A DNA stretch of 62,965 nt, counting the filler, from Perkinsus chesapeaki ATCC PRA-425 (Eukaryota; Protista; Perkinsozoa), in NCBI GenBank assembly GCA_013115145.1. It is 7 parts of 7 records of this genome, joined end to end, with 100 filler letters (N's around TTAATTAATTAA, not from the genome) between each part and the next. Parts side by side here need not be neighbours in the genome. Positions count along the whole stretch, not along the records: positions 58,769 to 60,975 come from JAAPAO010001654.1; positions 61,076 to 62,965 come from JAAPAO010001739.1; 5 more parts are not named here. The stretch is one strand, 5' to 3'. The notes under the pieces are model-generated. The model did no database searches. It saw only the letters and a list, made by a program, of their open reading frames with translations, and was not told the DNA's origin. The position numbers were made by a program, and so were the translations under genes. Below, in pieces: positions 59,439 through 62,965 of this stretch. Within the stretch, counting starts at the first letter, position 1, and the number at the start of each line of letters is the position of its first letter.

Positions 59439-60880
59439 ATGTTAGTTAATTACTTTAAGAATTGCCGCATGTCCTTCGGCGGTGTCCCTCCTGGTATCGG
59501 GGCCGACGGCAGCCGGGTCTCTATAATCAATTCCTCTCAAACAGGCAAACCGACTCGCGCTTCCCTTCGAAGAGGAACGACGGGGCTCAACCATGGCTCC
59601 ACTGAATCTGGCTCTTTTCGTCACTCAAGTCCGTCATTGAAGCAACCGCCCCCAGCTCAGCCACTTGAGGGTTCAGCCTCACCATGCAGGAGAAGCTCGG
59701 GCTCTACTCGATCCACAGTCACCAGTGACTTTCAACGCCGCAAGCGGAGCTCGGTAACTACCGCTTCGTCAAGACCGTCCTCTCGGTGCTCGTCGAGTCC
59801 TAAGTTACCAGAAGCACCTGTGAAGAAGACCAGGAAAACACTGTCGGATTCTGATTTCCCCATTCTCATATCCGACTCTCCCGAAAAGCCCTGCAGTCGA
59901 CAATCAGAGAATTGCTCACCTGGCCGCAAGCTCGATCTTTCTCGTTTCGAAGTGGTGGTTGTGAAGGCACGAGCCAAGAGCTCCGAAGTATGGAAATCCG
60001 GGAGATTTGGCCGAGTTAAAGCTATTGGGGAGGATGATGCTGATATTCTCTCGTGTACTGCAGTCTGCACGGTCTGCCTGCAGGTATTCAGCACCAAAGG
60101 ATCTTCGACGACCACACTGCTGAGACATATGGATTCGTGCGACGGCCCGGACGACTGTAAGCAACCTACTCTCCTCTCATATTTCTCACATAAGGCGCTG
60201 ACTAAGCAACAAAGGGATCAGCTCACAAGTTCTCTCGTGGAAACCATAGCCGCTGTGCCCGGGCTTGGGTTCCAGAGCGTCACCAATGCGCGGTTCATCG
60301 AGATGATACAGACAGTATCCAACCTCACAGCCAGAGTCGGAGGCCCTGTCCAAGCCCACCGGGAAGTAGTGTCAGACGTCACGCTGAGGAAAATGATGAT
60401 GGAAAAAGCTGAGCAGCGTAAGTGTTTGATTAGATCTTTACTGGGAAAGCAGGGCTGCTGCAAACAGGTAATCTACGGGTGGGAAGCGCACGCGTTTCTG
60501 TCTGCCTATTCATTTTTAGTGCTTGTACATTCAACACGAAGATTCACTATGCCGTTTTCGTAAATTGCAGAGGGTCGTAATTTACGACTCGTAAATCAGG
60601 TACTACTGGACGGCTGGCGAAATCCATTCACTCATGGTGAAATTCTTGGTGTCACAACGGTCGTGGTGAAAGATGGAGTACCAACATCAGTGGCGATCGC
60701 CCTCCGTGACTTGCCTTCGGGTAAATCCGAGGATCTCTATGAGGCTCTCAAAAACGTAATGCTCGCATATACACCACGCGTCAAATTCTTATCAACTCAC
60801 GTTTCTTTGAGGATTTAGCAACAACTATGGAATGTTGATCGATGAGTACCCCAGGGATATGCAGCATATCATATGCTTCT
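59439..60880 (+). mobile_element. hAT-superfamily transposase with BED zinc finger, intron-containing, 3' truncated by gap
   Basis: SEVW...AVCTVCLQVFSTKGSSTTTLLRHMDSC (BED finger), a Hermes-like DNA-binding region, and the next exon LLLDGWRNPF with the first catalytic Asp. Confidence 0.8.
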
Positions 60881-60975
60881 AATCCGAAATAGGTACGTCC
60901 TCAAAGTTTTAGAGCCGGACTGCTTGTCAGTAGTGAGAAACTGGTAAAATGATGCAAAATCGATGCAACACACTC

Positions 60976-61075
60976 NNNNNNNNNNNNNNNNNNNNNNNNN
61001 NNNNNNNNNNNNNNNNNNNTTAATTAATTAANNNNNNNNNNNNNNNNNNNNNNNNNNNNNNNNNNNNNNNNNNNN
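60976..61075. other. Assembly gap with artificial linker
   Basis: 44 N + TTAATTAATTAA (61020-61031) + 44 N. Confidence 0.97.
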
Positions 61076-61321
61076 CCAGTGTGAAGGAAAGCATCGAAAT
61101 ACCAAAGTTAAGAAAAGTCTAGCTATTAGCAAAAAAGGTGGAGCATCCGCGTCACAAGGACACGTACGGGGTAGGAAAGCAAAGAGATTCGGCCTCTCAA
61201 GCTCAGTTTAGAGCGCGCAGTGCGAGCCAGGCTGGCTCAGCCAACCAACCCCCTCTGGCTGCACTTCTCAAGCAAGCCTACAATATCAACTCATCAGTAC
61301 CAGCTCGAGTTGGCACTCTCT

Positions 61322-62640
61322 TGTCGAGTTGAATTGTTCGTACAACAGTGATATATAAATGCTCTGCATGCGCAGGGTGAGGGCAACAGGAATTTTCCAC
61401 TCGGGTTAATATCCGAAAGAGTTTCACGTTGCGGAGCTCTGCATGCAGCAGGCTCGGAAGTAGTGTATACGTGTCGATTGTATAAAAACGGTTGCTCTTG
61501 AATGGATATTGAAAATAGACACCTGCGCAGGGCCGGGCCGGCGCCGCCGGCGCGTCGGCGCAACTGGTGGATGTTATATAACATAACCTGTATTGGGCAG
61601 TTTGCTAGGCCTTACGTTTTCGAGCAGAATAGATAACTATGCAGCCTGTTATTGGGTTCGGTTAACTAGTTAGTTCATGTGGGACTAGAAGCTCAGAAGC
61701 GTTGGCACAACATTAGGGACTTTGAGGGGCAGTTAGCTTACGCTAGAGATAGTAGTGATAACCAAGAACACACCAAGGGCAGGCGATAGTCCACCCGCGC
61801 CGGCCGCTCAGCTATAGATTATTAAAGCACGCATGCATATAGCCTGCGCAGAATCCTACCACAAGATGCACAACCACGTTACCGCGTCGGCAGTACCGAC
61901 GGCAGTGATGATAGTTTTGGATTTGTCCGAACGATTCAGATCGATGAGATTTTGCGAGAAGCAACAACGGTGGATTCCGCGGGGGGGCGTTCCTAACCGA
62001 GTCTCCTCAACACAGCTACGGGGGCCCATACATGCACGCGGCGCCGGATTATAAGCGGAAGGTTTCTAATCGGGCCAGGTCAAGTGGATGAGATAGCCAA
62101 CAGCCAGCCAGCGGTTCGTGCCGCTCACGAAATCCCTGCAAACGGACTGTTCTCGCAAGAAGTGAGATCTTTGAGTATACGACATCTTTGGTAAAAGGCT
62201 TGAAACATACATCGCTTTAGCTAGAGCTGAGGGCTTGTTATGCGAATCTTGCCGATCAGCCCGACACTTGTACCAAACTAAATCTCCTATAATATTAAAA
62301 TCGAAGGGAAGAGTCTTCCCCGAAGACTAGTGTTGCGTTTCAAAGACAGGCACTGAAGGGTAACTGGTTTGAGACTCAAAGTTAATTTAACTAAGGCTTA
62401 GTTACTAACCCTTTCAAAGAGAACAAAGGGTCCCTTTGTTCTCTCATTCTTCTTTTCTCAGCTAACCCACGTTTTCCGGCAATGTCGAGGGAATCTTCCG
62501 CCTGGCGGAACCCGCCATCTGCGATTGGAAGACGAGGGAAGCTCCTTGAGGCTCTCAGGCTGTGAAAACTGAAATCCGCCTGATTTACCTGATGTATGCA
62601 TCATCACATGCGTAGCTGTCCAGTATTGATTCAATAGCAA
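61322..62640 (-). mobile_element. Decayed Ty3/gypsy 3' remnant with a candidate 200-bp LTR (61322-61521)
   Basis: Broken minus frames give KGPFVL, IGDLVWYK and KDVVYS, resembling the GPY/F region of the 56-57 kb integrase. A GC-rich tract precedes a TGTC...GACA-bounded 200-bp segment containing a TATA-like stretch. Confidence 0.4.
62418..62444. repeat. Perfect 13-bp inverted repeat with 1-nt spacer
   Basis: AGAGAACAAAGGG-T-CCCTTTGTTCTCT. Confidence 0.9.
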
Positions 62641-62965
62641 TAACTTTGATCTAGGCTTAGCCTAGTAGGCTAGAGACACCGCTTATAATTCATCGACGCA
62701 TGCCGCATGCCGTATGCGCATCCGGCATCCCTGTATGGGCCCACCGGAGGCTGGTCCATAGCTACCTTCGGAAGATTCGGTTAGGCTTGTGACAAGCCGC
62801 TCTTACAGCGTTGTTGCTCCTCCCACAGTCTCACTGATAGTCATGTACACCTCAGGACTCCCGACTCGGGAGTTCGCACATGTCGGGCGTCCCGAGAGGT
62901 GAGTTGAGAGATGTACAACGTGATGTACTCAGTACATTGTAGTACAATGATTGTACTGTGAGTTG

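Overview
This is eukaryotic, intron-dense genomic DNA with short GT-AG introns of about 36-65 nt. It is most likely from a perkinsid alveolate (Perkinsus-like); that is an inference from gene families and intron style, not a database result. The window is not one contiguous molecule: six 100-bp N gaps each carry an artificial TTAATTAATTAA linker, and two 96-N gaps fall inside tandem repeats. Recognisable protein genes are a CAMK-type kinase, an intronless secreted BBE/AA7-like flavo-oxidase with a mucin stalk and Cys-rich modules, a processive GT2 synthase, a small bromodomain protein, two helical-repeat (HPR/RAP-like) genes, RRP15-like, RPLP1, a UTP23-like 3' end, CCDC153-like, a WRKY19-type zinc-finger array protein and small secreted proteins. 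There are three tRNAs (Leu-CAG, Trp-CCA, Arg-ACG) and decayed tRNA-like heads. Mobile-element remnants include a LINE tail, three Ty3/gypsy fragments and a BED-finger hAT transposase. The most unusual signals are: (1) a recurrent TCACGCGCCACGAAATT motif inside short introns of unrelated genes; (2) a near-identical intron-like sequence shared by two loci; (3) minisatellites starting at splice donors; (4) tRNAs and tRNA relics next to protein-gene 5' ends; (5) a Cys module shared by the oxidase and a small secreted protein. Exon models were built by eye, so gene ends are approximate unless stated.
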